From Staphylothermus marinus F1 (GTDB lineage Archaea; Thermoproteota; Thermoprotei_A; Sulfolobales; Desulfurococcaceae): 32,000 bases of DNA. The number at the start of each line of letters is the position of its first letter. Positions within the stretch are counted from its first letter, which is position 1. The translations under genes were made by a program, and so were the position numbers. A model generated the notes under the pieces. It worked only from the letters and a program-made list of their open reading frames with translations. It had not been told where the DNA came from and did no database searches. Shown piece by piece: positions 1 to 8,806 of this stretch. Location of the stretch: contig NC_009033.1 of the NCBI RefSeq assembly GCF_000015945.1, forward strand, positions 1,470,001 through 1,502,000, given 5' to 3'.

Positions 1-617
1 CAGACACTAATCTATTCTATCAAGGACTACATATGGTATTGCTTAAAGCAAGTATAAGACAAGGTTCTCCCTGGAGCACTCTACGGAATATCTCGGTATA
101 TATTCCAAGATGTGCTGAAACAGAAATTAACGGTAAAGTTGCAGAGACTAATCCTGATGCAGGGGGATTACAGCGTGTATCATATATTATGGCTTTACTA
201 GCTAATAGAGCATTGCTCGAGACAAAATATTATTATGACGCTAAAACATTATCGGCAACGGCACAGCCTTGCGAAGCATCAATGGCTGTTGAAGCACCGA
301 ATCTCCCGGAACACAGAATATTATTGATAACAGCTGATCACAAAGCATTTACTGCTTGGCAAACACTAAATGTTTGTAGAGGAAAAGTTGCATGCGCATA
401 TATTGGACACAGCGATAAACCATTAGATACAGATACAATATATGGTAGATTCTATGCCAGCATAGCCTCCAGCATATTATTATATGTATCCAGCTTATTC
501 CTCCCAGTAACAGTTAAGGGATCAAGTGGCGAAGCTAGATTAATCGTTAAAAACTTAAAAGGCTCATCAGCACCAATAGTTAGCGTTCATAGAATAAGGA
601 ATGACGAGAAATTATAA
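1..617 (+). CDS. Hypothetical protein, C-terminal part (frame is open to the left window edge; first ATG at 33)
   Basis: ORF track 33..617. The same frame has no stop back to position 3, so the gene probably starts upstream of the window. No family recognised. Confidence 0.35.
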   Translation, partial: DTNLFYQGLHMVLLKASIRQGSPWSTLRNISVYIPRCAETEINGKVAETNPDAGGLQRVSYIMALLANRALLETKYYYDAKTLSATAQPCEASMAVEAPNLPEHRILLITADHKAFTAWQTLNVCRGKVACAYIGHSDKPLDTDTIYGRFYASIASSILLYVSSLFLPVTVKGSSGEARLIVKNLKGSSAPIVSVHRIRNDEKL

Positions 618-641
618 ACATTTTTACTATTCATAAATACA

Positions 642-1148
642 TTGTGTGAGCAAAACATGAAGGAGAAGTATGGTTTCCTGACAAAGATACAGCTATTATC
701 TCTATACTATAAATCTAGAGGCTATAGTTATCGTAGAATAGCTGAGATAATTGGTACAAGCCATCAAAACATAGCAGTAGCTTATAGGAGAGCATTGAAG
801 AACATAGAATTATCTGAAAAAACAATTCTCTACTATAAACTTTCCACAGCAAAATTCATAGCACTTATTAATAAAGGAACACATTTAGCAGAGATACCAA
901 AATTAATTATTGAAGAATGTGATAAGAGAGGAATTAAGCTAAGAGCAGACTTTACATTAATCTTCAAACAAATACGTTTCTACACCCCTCAATGCGTGTC
1001 TGGTTCACGGCTTGCTGGAGAAATAATAGTGGTTGTAGATGAACATGGATTTATCCAAGTATATTCTTACCGGGAAGTAAAAGATATTATTAAGGATATA
1101 GAGAAAACCCTTGGCAAACAAATAATCAGTATAAAGCATGGATACTAG
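642..1148 (+). CDS. Tfx-family DNA-binding protein (LuxR / sigma-70 region 4 type HTH plus C-terminal domain)
   Basis: The N-terminal segment FLTKIQLLSLYYKSRGYSYRRIAEIIGTSHQNIAVAYRRALKNIELSEKT matches the Tfx-type HTH pattern from memory. The start could instead be the ATG at 657. Confidence 0.6.
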   Translation: MCEQNMKEKYGFLTKIQLLSLYYKSRGYSYRRIAEIIGTSHQNIAVAYRRALKNIELSEKTILYYKLSTAKFIALINKGTHLAEIPKLIIEECDKRGIKLRADFTLIFKQIRFYTPQCVSGSRLAGEIIVVVDEHGFIQVYSYREVKDIIKDIEKTLGKQIISIKHGY

Positions 1149-1260
1149 TTAAAACAACACCTTACATAGCCATATATATATTGCTGTGTATTATTAGTAG
1201 TTCTTATAAGAGCATATAATCATAATGGCATAATAAGAAGAACTCTAATGGTGTGTATAG

Positions 1261-2136
1261 ATGAGCTATTCTAAAGAATTATATGATAAAATAATGGAGA
1301 ATCCATGGCTTACTATTTATGATTGTCTTAGAAGCAAATGTGATTTCTCCGAAATAGGAAGAATACTGAAAGATCTCTTATTGAAGCCTATGAATACTAA
1401 GGAATACATAGTTGGTTTAGAATTATTAAAAGCTATTAAGAGCCAAGCACCAGTAGAAATACTGTTTCGATCAATATCTATGGTTGTCGATGATAAAGTA
1501 ATAAAGAAAATTCTAGAAGATACAAAACCAGACAAGATCTTAGAGGAATATAAGAAAAACTATTTCAAAGGAATGGGCCTCATAACTCTATTAGAGATCT
1601 ATCCGTTTCTCAATCTACGGGATGAACTAGCTGAGAGAGTAAAGGAATTATTGAGGGAGGCACCGGAGAAGATAGATAATGAAAAGGATCTTAGGGAATT
1701 TTTGAGAGCACTAACATTTGGTCCATTATCTGTTCTCTCACCAGCTAAGTTAAAAGATGTACTGGTATTTATTAGAAATAACCTCAGCAATAAACCACTA
1801 TGTCTCCAAACAAAAACTGACATCATATCTATGATTGTAGATAATTATCCTCCTCAAATACTAGGTGAAAATATTGAAATAATCGATATCATAGCGGATA
1901 TTCTAAGAGAAGTTGCTGAAAACACTATATTGCTGGCATCAAGTGAACTAGATAGAGCGGTCAATATTTATAGTGATATAAATATATTCATGTCCAAGAT
2001 CAGAAAACTATGCGAAGATCTCGGCAGATTCGATCTATGCAGGAGAGTATGGGATAGAGCAGGCGATGCTTTAAACGAGCTATACGAGAAAATAGGAAAG
2101 ATCATTGTTTCACTAAACGAAATTGCTGAGCAATAA
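1261..2136 (+). CDS. Hypothetical protein, probably alpha-helical
   Basis: 291-aa ORF with host-like composition. The two antisense ORFs inside it look like shadows. No family recognised. Confidence 0.4.
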   Translation: MSYSKELYDKIMENPWLTIYDCLRSKCDFSEIGRILKDLLLKPMNTKEYIVGLELLKAIKSQAPVEILFRSISMVVDDKVIKKILEDTKPDKILEEYKKNYFKGMGLITLLEIYPFLNLRDELAERVKELLREAPEKIDNEKDLREFLRALTFGPLSVLSPAKLKDVLVFIRNNLSNKPLCLQTKTDIISMIVDNYPPQILGENIEIIDIIADILREVAENTILLASSELDRAVNIYSDINIFMSKIRKLCEDLGRFDLCRRVWDRAGDALNELYEKIGKIIVSLNEIAEQ

Positions 2137-2267
2137 TTCAATCTAACATGGAATATACACTATATTGTTAAATCTACTGGTTTCTTGATAGGAATCATTT
2201 TATATACTGGTCTTATTAAGAAGATGATAATGTTCTATACAGGAATTAAAGGAGGTTTAGGTGGTTT

Positions 2268-2804
2268 ATGACTAGGAGAGTATATGTAGCAGTTGCAGCT
2301 TCTAGTGAGGAACCAGATGAAAACATGTTGAAGAATTCTATGTGTTTCATTAATGAATTATCAAAATTTAAGGAGAACATAGTAATTGTTCTAGGAGGTT
2401 ATTGGGGATTAATGAAGAATATCGCTGATTACGCTATTAAAGCTGGTATTCAGACAATGTTCATACTTCCCGATAACCCGCCTATAATGCCTCCAAACAA
2501 TGAATACACTATTATAGTTCAATCTGATCTAGGCTTTCCTACTAGGAGCACTATTATGTGTAAAACAGGCGATATACTAGTAGCTATGGGTGGCAGTATT
2601 GGCTCCATAATAGAGATTATGCTTAGCTATGATTTTTGGAAACCAATAGTTGTTGTCAAATCTGGGAAGGAAACGGATAAGGTGCCTCAGTGTTTTGGTA
2701 AATATATTGATCATAGAATGAAGGCTGAGTTATCATATGCTAGGGATGGATGTGAGGCTGGTAGGATAGTTGCTGATTTTATTAGAGAATTATTGAAAAG
2801 ATAA
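2268..2804 (+). CDS. TIGR00725 / LOG-like Rossmann-fold protein (COG1611 type)
   Basis: Pattern VAVAASS...VLGGYWGLMKNIADYAIKAGIQT...GDILVAMGGSIGSIIE is typical of the family. A GGAGG lies upstream of the ATG. Confidence 0.55.
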   Translation: MTRRVYVAVAASSEEPDENMLKNSMCFINELSKFKENIVIVLGGYWGLMKNIADYAIKAGIQTMFILPDNPPIMPPNNEYTIIVQSDLGFPTRSTIMCKTGDILVAMGGSIGSIIEIMLSYDFWKPIVVVKSGKETDKVPQCFGKYIDHRMKAELSYARDGCEAGRIVADFIRELLKR

Positions 2805-2809
2805 TTTTA

Positions 2810-3286
2810 CTATTGTATCGAGTAGTTTACTATATATGTTTTTCCTCCAACACTTACCTTATAAGCATTATTAGGTAGTTCCTCTACGTCTACAATAATA
2901 TCTTTTCCTCCAAAGCTTACTTTAATCTTTGATTTAAACAATATACCAGCTAATGGTAGGAGCCGGGCTAGTTCGGGGAAATCCTTGAAAAGATCATATT
3001 TTTTCAGCGTAGCTGCTTTGTATTCGTTAAAAGCTGTGATCGTTGCTGAGAGTAGTGCAATCAGTTGTGGATCAGTTTCTCTCCTAGGTTTTTCAGTCTT
3101 AACAGGTTTTTCCTCGACTATAATTCTTGTTTTTCCGGTCTCTTCCTTTTTCATCTTCTTAACTGGTTTGTAAATGGTTTGTTTTAGAACATGTATAATA
3201 ATGACTAGGATAGATAAGATACTGAAAACTATGGCTACACCTATACCTGTTATGTATAAGCCTGTTATTATGGTGTTTATATCCAT
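2810..3286 (-). CDS. Small membrane subunit of a Na+-translocating decarboxylase (OadG/MmdD-like)
   Basis: N-terminal TM helix MDINTIITGLYITGIGVAIVFSILSILVIII. It lies 19 nt downstream of the beta-subunit gene on the same strand. I moved the start from 3334 to the ATG at 3286, because 3334 would overlap the beta gene. Confidence 0.5.
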   Translation of the reverse strand: MDINTIITGLYITGIGVAIVFSILSILVIIIHVLKQTIYKPVKKMKKEETGKTRIIVEEKPVKTEKPRRETDPQLIALLSATITAFNEYKAATLKKYDLFKDFPELARLLPLAGILFKSKIKVSFGGKDIIVDVEELPNNAYKVSVGGKTYIVNYSIQ

Positions 3287-3305
3287 ATTAATCACCCAGA
3301 TACGA

Positions 3306-4403
3306 TCAGCCTCCAAGCATTGATAGGAATACACCTGCTACAACTGCTGTTCCAATTACTCCAGCCACATTGGGCCCCATTGCATTCATTAATAAGTGGT
3401 TTTCAGGATCCTCTGCAGTAGCTAATCTTTGAACTACTCGTGCACTCATAGGTACAGCTGAAACACCTGCTGCTCCTATCATTGGATTAATTTTTTCTTT
3501 AGAGAATAGATTCATTAGTTTAGCGAATAATACTCCTCCAGCTGTTGCAGATGCAAATGCTACCACTCCTAATCCAAGCACTAGTAGTGTCTTATATGTT
3601 AGAAATGTCTCAGCCCTCATAGTTGAGCCCACTCCTAGTCCTAAAAAGATCGTTACAATATTCATTAATTCTTCTCGCGCAGCTTTGCTTAGTCTCTCGA
3701 CTACGCCGGATTCTCTAAACAAGTTACCGATCATGATCATTCCAATTAATGGTGCGGCGCTGGGAACAAGTATTCCGACAGTTATCATTGAAACTATTGG
3801 GAAAAGAATCTTTTCTGTTTTAGAAACAGGTCTTAACTGTTTCATTCTGATTTTCCGCTCTTCTCTCGTTGTTAGAGCTTTAATTATTGGGGGCTGGATT
3901 AGGGGGACTAAACTCATATAGCTATAAGCTGCAACAGCTGTAGCAGCTAACAAGTGAGGGGCAAGCTTAACTGTTAAATAAATAGTTGTAGGACCGTCTG
4001 CTCCTCCAATAATGCCTATACTAGCAGCTTCTTTTAAGTTGAAACCTAATAGTAATGCAGTTAACATTGCAACAAAGACACCGATCTGGGCAGCTGCACC
4101 CAATAATAAGCTTTTGGGATCAGCAATCATTGGTCCGAAATCAGTCATTGCGCCGAGACCAAAAAATATTAAGAGAGGCACAACCTCGGTATCGATCAAA
4201 TAATGTTTTACAAGGTATAAGAAACCATATGGTGCCTCTGTAAGACCTGTCAAAGGAAGATTTACTAAGACAGCAGTGATACCTATGGGTAAAAGGATTA
4301 ATGGTTCATATTCATGTTTTATAGCTAAATATACTAGAATAAGTCCGACGCCAATCATTATTATATTGCCCAAAGTGATATGCATTAAGCCTTCAAACAC
4401 CAA
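3306..4403 (-). CDS. oadB: Na+-translocating oxaloacetate/methylmalonyl-CoA decarboxylase, beta subunit
   Basis: 365-aa polytopic membrane protein with [10 protein letters not shown] and [13 protein letters not shown] segments characteristic of OadB/MmdB/GcdB. The plus-strand ORFs inside it are shadows. Confidence 0.85.
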   Translation of the reverse strand: MVFEGLMHITLGNIIMIGVGLILVYLAIKHEYEPLILLPIGITAVLVNLPLTGLTEAPYGFLYLVKHYLIDTEVVPLLIFFGLGAMTDFGPMIADPKSLLLGAAAQIGVFVAMLTALLLGFNLKEAASIGIIGGADGPTTIYLTVKLAPHLLAATAVAAYSYMSLVPLIQPPIIKALTTREERKIRMKQLRPVSKTEKILFPIVSMITVGILVPSAAPLIGMIMIGNLFRESGVVERLSKAAREELMNIVTIFLGLGVGSTMRAETFLTYKTLLVLGLGVVAFASATAGGVLFAKLMNLFSKEKINPMIGAAGVSAVPMSARVVQRLATAEDPENHLLMNAMGPNVAGVIGTAVVAGVFLSMLGG

Positions 4404-4495
4404 TCATGATCACCGCTTGAAACAAGTGTATCACTACTAGTCATCATATAGTGTCTAGCGATTAAACATCAACATCTTTAGAAATAAAAATATAT

Positions 4496-5344
4496 TTACC
4501 TAAGCCTTTCTTTTAATGCATACACACCATAACCTATGAAAGCTATAAGTTCAATAATTGCTAGTACATTATGTGCACTGTTCGCTTCATATCTAAATCT
4601 ATAAGCATCTATTCTTTCAAGTATATCCCATGTTTCCAGTACATCTCCTAATAATTCATCTCTCAACATTATTTCTACAATATAGGGTTTATCAAGCACT
4701 AATGGTTTTACCTCGCCTTTCCTAAGCCTATTAATTGCTTCAGCAATTCCTTCCCTAAGCTTATCGAGAACATCACCAATGCTTTCATATATTGCTGCAT
4801 AACGTGTTATTCCCTGTTTAAAACCAATGAATACAGCCCATGGAGTATATTTTGAAACCTCATCTCTTAATAGAGAATCTCCCGCAACAAGTATTACTGG
4901 AACCCCTTTTTCACCAGCTACAAGAGCGTTTATCAAGTACTCACTAGCTCTTCTACCATTCAATTTTATTTCAGCAAATACTTTTCCGCTCATAGTATGA
5001 TCGAGGAAACCATGCATTGTTCCAGCAGCTGTATGGTATCCTATAAATAATACAGAATCATATGAGTTATCAAGTCCCGTCAACATAGAGTATGGTCTTG
5101 GAAAGCCTTGTATTAGAGAAGTATTTTTGGGTAGTTCTAAATAATCAATATTGGTCATATATCCATGACTATCCGCAATAACTACTTTATCGAACCCATT
5201 ATTCAGTAATGCCTTAGCTGTCTCCTTAGCGATCATTGTCATAATTCTTGATCCACGACTATACTGGGTATAACCGGGAGAAACCATAGTTGTAGATGCT
5301 ATACCGGGTAACCCCTCAATATCGATGGAAACATATGCCTTCAA
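4496..5344 (-). CDS. dppA: D-aminopeptidase DppA (peptidase family M55)
   Basis: N-terminus MKAYVSIDIEGLPGI and IADSHGYMTN are typical of M55. Length is 282 aa. Confidence 0.75.
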   Translation of the reverse strand: MKAYVSIDIEGLPGIASTTMVSPGYTQYSRGSRIMTMIAKETAKALLNNGFDKVVIADSHGYMTNIDYLELPKNTSLIQGFPRPYSMLTGLDNSYDSVLFIGYHTAAGTMHGFLDHTMSGKVFAEIKLNGRRASEYLINALVAGEKGVPVILVAGDSLLRDEVSKYTPWAVFIGFKQGITRYAAIYESIGDVLDKLREGIAEAINRLRKGEVKPLVLDKPYIVEIMLRDELLGDVLETWDILERIDAYRFRYEANSAHNVLAIIELIAFIGYGVYALKERLR

Positions 5345-5381
5345 TTTTTTCCACCAATTAGGAATTATTTTAGTTCACTAA

Positions 5382-6797
5382 TTAAAGCCTTATAACTCTA
5401 GGAATAATATTCCTGAACAACTCTATATCTCTCGCTTCATGAGCATCTTCAATGATCACGTAGAAAGAACCAGTAATTCTTCGGCTTAATTCTTTATTGA
5501 GTAAAATACTTCTCAATGTAAGATAAGCCCTTCTAACACCCATCATTAAGATTAGGTCTGTCAATGTATTATATAGAACAATTACTTGTTTATCACTATA
5601 CTTATCAACTACCTCGTTAAGTATGCCTAAGATATGAGTAGGCGAAGCAGCAGCTTCATAGTATTCAATAATATTTATGATTTCATCCTTAACCCCTGTT
5701 CTAGAGGTGAACCCCCCATATTCTTTAATATTAACATTAATTACTTGAATATTTCCTAGAGTAGCACGTAAAATGATCTTTTGAAGAGTATTTAGTTCAC
5801 CAATAACTAGTAGGATCTTGTTCTTAACACCTCTTATCTTATCCAAATATAACCGGATCATTGAGAAAATTCTCGAGTTAAAAGTAATGGGATCATCTAT
5901 TGATGTATTAATTAATATATGAAAATTGCTGAGAGTTTTTCTTAGAATAAAGGGTTCTACTGTTCTGAGTAGATTGAATAATCCATTGAAAACTATTGTT
6001 AGTAACGCTAATATCAGTGATAGATCGAATGTAAAATACATATAAATTACCCATAACTGGCTTTTATACAAGAAATTATCAATAATATCTCCAACATTGT
6101 AGCCTATAATTAATAATATCATAGCATTTACAATATCACCATAGTCTTGGAGTTCAATATATAGTACAAAATTGTATACTTTAATCAAGTAATGGGCTAG
6201 AACAATTATGAAAAACAAACCAATAAGTATGTCGCCTATAGTAAAAGCATCTAATGTAATTGGGTTATTTGATATAGTTAAAGTAACAAAGAATACAACA
6301 ATAGGTATTAAAACAATAAATAAAGATAACAAGGTTAAAGGAGATTCTAATAATTTTCTCTTCATCATAGTGCCAGAAATAATCATTAGATCATATACGA
6401 AGTCAAAGAAACTAGCTAAAATTATCACTATTAATACATCATTTATTAATGCATAAGGAAACATATTATACTGGACAATACCTGAATCTTCAAATAACTC
6501 GATCAATACCGCTATACCTAGTGAAGAGAAGAATAAAGCAAAGTATTTCTGATAAAATGATATGTTTGAGATCTTGGTTTGTCTCAATAACTCATAGCTT
6601 ATAATGAATAAGAGAAATAATGTACTTAAAAGAACAATTTCTAAAAACGACTCTAAAGGACTAATAGTACCGCTCTTTAAGAAACCCGTATATCTTCCTA
6701 TAACATAGAACCCTATTGTGCCTAACTCAATAACTATAGTAGTAGCAAGTATTTTTATCCATATTTCTCCATGACTCCAAATATGATGCTCTGACAT
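5382..6797 (-). CDS. Polytopic membrane protein with a cytoplasmic C-terminal DUF835/KaiC-like domain lacking a P-loop
   Basis: About 300 aa of hydrophobic helices, followed by a soluble domain (KILLVIGELNTLQK...VIVLYNTLTDLILMMGVRRAYLTLRSIL) that resembles archaeal DUF835 from memory. No GxxxxGK[ST] motif is present. Confidence 0.45.
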   Translation of the reverse strand: MSEHHIWSHGEIWIKILATTIVIELGTIGFYVIGRYTGFLKSGTISPLESFLEIVLLSTLFLLFIISYELLRQTKISNISFYQKYFALFFSSLGIAVLIELFEDSGIVQYNMFPYALINDVLIVIILASFFDFVYDLMIISGTMMKRKLLESPLTLLSLFIVLIPIVVFFVTLTISNNPITLDAFTIGDILIGLFFIIVLAHYLIKVYNFVLYIELQDYGDIVNAMILLIIGYNVGDIIDNFLYKSQLWVIYMYFTFDLSLILALLTIVFNGLFNLLRTVEPFILRKTLSNFHILINTSIDDPITFNSRIFSMIRLYLDKIRGVKNKILLVIGELNTLQKIILRATLGNIQVINVNIKEYGGFTSRTGVKDEIINIIEYYEAAASPTHILGILNEVVDKYSDKQVIVLYNTLTDLILMMGVRRAYLTLRSILLNKELSRRITGSFYVIIEDAHEARDIELFRNIIPRVIRL

Positions 6798-7182
6798 AAT
6801 ATCAGCAACTTTTTATGTAATCTTCCTATCCACATCTATTCATTATACATTATTAACCATTAGTTGTCTAATATTTTAAACCAGTTCTCCACTTAAAAAT
6901 TATCTGTCTATAGAAGAATATGTTAACCATTATAAAATAAGTATATTTCCTAGAATATATTAATAAACAAATTATTACTCTATTGTTTTTGATGGATTTT
7001 TCTTATTGAAGAAGACTATAATATGTTAAGGTTAGCGTTAATATTTATTGAAGAGATAAATTTGTTGTACATCTTGGATTATTTCTAGGAAGAACATGTT
7101 GCTCCTGCATTATTTAGCATGAACAACCACATAACAACTAAAATATTATTAAACAATCATAGTATTCATGGTTTCCAAAAAG

Positions 7183-7352
7183 AAAAACACCTGAACAAAT
7201 GAACAGTGGTTGCCCGTGCTTTATTTTTTGGTTGTTTTGGAAACTTTGGATGCTTGCACGGGCTTCCCCCTCTTGGGTTGGGGCTTCGCTCCTTCATCGT
7301 GGGGGTTATCGGGTCTCCACCAAGACCACTTTGAGCCCTTCATCCGCATTTC
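7183..7352 (-). ncRNA. Candidate structured ncRNA, family copy 1
   Basis: G+C island in A+T-rich DNA. An 8-bp stem (7212-7219 with 7256-7263) closes a 36-nt A/U loop. GGGCTC/GAG(A)CCC forms a hairpin. AGTGGT (sense) is complementary to the tail ACCACT (7205-7210 with 7325-7330). Two T5 runs on the sense strand lie at 7177-7187. The ends are approximate. Confidence 0.55.
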
Positions 7353-7382
7353 CCAAATCATTAACCATTATATTAGTGAGGG

Positions 7383-7390
7383 TTTATAAA
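7383..7390 (-). promoter_or_regulatory. TATA-box-like TTTATAAA preceded (sense) by GGGTTCGC, upstream of ncRNA copy 1
   Basis: The same GGGTTCGC-TTTATAAA-CCC module is found in all three units. A second A/T box (AATATAAT, sense) lies about 20 nt from the core start, so the exact TSS is uncertain. Confidence 0.45.
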
Positions 7391-7479
7391 GCGAACCCAA
7401 TAATTAAAACAATCATGGTTTCCACAATTTTCCAAAACAACTATAATATCCAAATAAGCGAATAGTCTTCAATGGGTGA

Positions 7480-7878
7480 ATGGGTATGAGTATACGAGTT
7501 GGTTTGAGGAGAGAAATGGATTATGTTGTATCTGAAAATGATGCACCAAAGTTCTTGTTGGATAAGGGGGTTGGTGTTCTTAGTACTCCTAGAATGATCG
7601 CGTTGATGGAGGGGAATTCGAAGAGGTTGCTTGATCAGTTTTTAGGAGAAGAATATACTAGCGTAGGCATACATGTGGATGTGTATCATAAGGCACCAGC
7701 ACCTGTTGGTTCAAGAGTTAAGTTTGTATCGGAAATTATAGAGGTTAAGAAGAATAAAGTTTTGTTTAAAGTAAAATGTGTGCTTAACGACATAGTTGTG
7801 GGAGAAGGTATTCATGAAAGAGCAATAGTTTCTTGGAACAAGTTTATAGAACATGTTAAAAAGATTATGGGAAAATAA
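7480..7878 (+). CDS. Hotdog-fold thioesterase (FlK-like / COG5496 type)
   Basis: SVGIHVDVYHKAPAPVGSRVKFVSEIIEVKKNKVLFKVKC...GEGIHERAIV fits the family pattern. Confidence 0.65.
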   Translation: MGMSIRVGLRREMDYVVSENDAPKFLLDKGVGVLSTPRMIALMEGNSKRLLDQFLGEEYTSVGIHVDVYHKAPAPVGSRVKFVSEIIEVKKNKVLFKVKCVLNDIVVGEGIHERAIVSWNKFIEHVKKIMGK

Positions 7879-7992
7879 AACTCTATTGTTTTTTATAACA
7901 GTTTTCATAATTCTTATAGAATAATTAATATATCTGAAACACAAAAATAAAATATCTATGATAGTATTAAAATTCGCAAATTTAGTAACGAT

Positions 7993-8388
7993 ATGAACGG
8001 GCGAGGAAAAATGAGATCGCTTGTTGACTTATTAATTTTTCTTGGATTACCTGCAGTAGCAGCTTCTGCATTAGCGGTTTTAATAAAGGAATCCATACCA
8101 TTATCACTTAGCGAGCTTTCTGAAAAAACAGGTTATGCTAAGAGTCATCTCTGCACGCATTTAAAGCATTTAGTATTTAATGGTTTAGTTAAAGTTAAGA
8201 AAGTGGGGAGGAAGAAGTTGTTTTATACTGATAGAGACACATTAACCAGACTGATCATTAAGCATCTCAACGAGCTTAAATCTAGAATAGATTTCGTTGT
8301 AAACGAGACAAATAATAGTGAATTCTCAAATATTTTGCTTTCATATTCACGTAAACTTCACGAGGTAATATATCTTGGAAGAATTTAG
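7993..8388 (+). CDS. TrmB/ArsR-like winged-helix transcriptional regulator
   Basis: LIFLGLPAVAASALAVLIKESIPLSLSELSEKTGYAKSHLCTHLKHLVFNGLVKV follows the TrmB-type wHTH pattern. It is the first gene of a tightly spaced three-gene operon. Confidence 0.55.
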   Translation: MNGRGKMRSLVDLLIFLGLPAVAASALAVLIKESIPLSLSELSEKTGYAKSHLCTHLKHLVFNGLVKVKKVGRKKLFYTDRDTLTRLIIKHLNELKSRIDFVVNETNNSEFSNILLSYSRKLHEVIYLGRI

Positions 8389-8391
8389 ATT

Positions 8392-8799
8392 TTGTGTTTA
8401 GAGGTGGCTGTCTTGGAGTATCTTAAAGTTTTAGAAGAAGACAATATCCATGTCGTCGTAGGTGTGGGAGGCGAGGAAAACTCTACTATTGATAGAAGCG
8501 GGGTTATCTATAGTGAGTTGGTGAGGCTTGCAAACAAGTATAATAAGCGTAGATTCACACTACATGTTGTCTCAGATAAGCCGAGGCCATTATATATAGA
8601 GAATATTAGGAGTCTCATACAGAATAATATTGTATATTCTCTTACAATTAGGTATCATAACTTGAACTTCGAAGAGTTGGAGAAGATAATTAATGATCTC
8701 CTAGCTCGGAACAAACTTGTATACGGGGTTGTTGAGGAAGAATTTGCTGAACTAATTAGTTTTCTCAGAAATAAAGGTGTAGAAGTCGTAAAGATCTAG
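8392..8799 (+). CDS. Hypothetical protein (middle gene of the regulator / radical-SAM operon)
   Basis: 135-aa ORF lying 3 nt after the regulator gene and 7 nt before the radical SAM gene. No family recognised. Confidence 0.4.
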   Translation: MCLEVAVLEYLKVLEEDNIHVVVGVGGEENSTIDRSGVIYSELVRLANKYNKRRFTLHVVSDKPRPLYIENIRSLIQNNIVYSLTIRYHNLNFEELEKIINDLLARNKLVYGVVEEEFAELISFLRNKGVEVVKI

Positions 8800-8806
8800 G
8801 TTTGAG

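Larger units (their letters stand above)
7150..7468 (-). repeat. Dispersed unit, copy 1 (left-end module, TTTTGGAAA motifs, TATA box, G+C-rich core, T-runs)
   Basis: The reverse complement aligns end to end with 12301-12590 and 29369-29653. The left-end module AGACTATTCGCTTATTTGGATATTATAGTT is the reverse complement of 7439-7468. Confidence 0.85.

Noticed and set aside
3685-4243. Antisense or overlapping ORFs in the track. Examples: 1317..1535, 1599..1826, 2985..3173, 3685..3921, 4012..4243, 6208..6456, 7711..7944, 8837..9616, 10238..10609, 11662..11931, 14869..15320, 17789..18452, 23067..24145, 24520..24747, 25842..26756, 27444..27761, 27715..27957, 28608..28811 and 30632..30841.
   Set aside because: Each lies inside, or opposite to, a longer ORF with clear family signatures. 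They have low-complexity or odd composition and no recognisable motifs. They are typical shadow ORFs.
4404-4495. Possible C/D-box sRNA in the oadB-dppA intergenic region (minus strand ATGATGA ... TGATAC ... TGATCA)
   Set aside because: There is a C-box-like AUGAUGA, but no CUGA D or D' boxes and no terminal stem. The evidence is insufficient.
7199-7465. Track ORFs 7199..7465 (+), 26930..27217 (+) and 26889..27134 (-)
   Set aside because: They run through the G+C-rich cores of the repeat units, which naturally lack A/T-rich stop codons. They lie antisense or out of frame between copies and have no family resemblance. I treat them as artefacts of the structured element.
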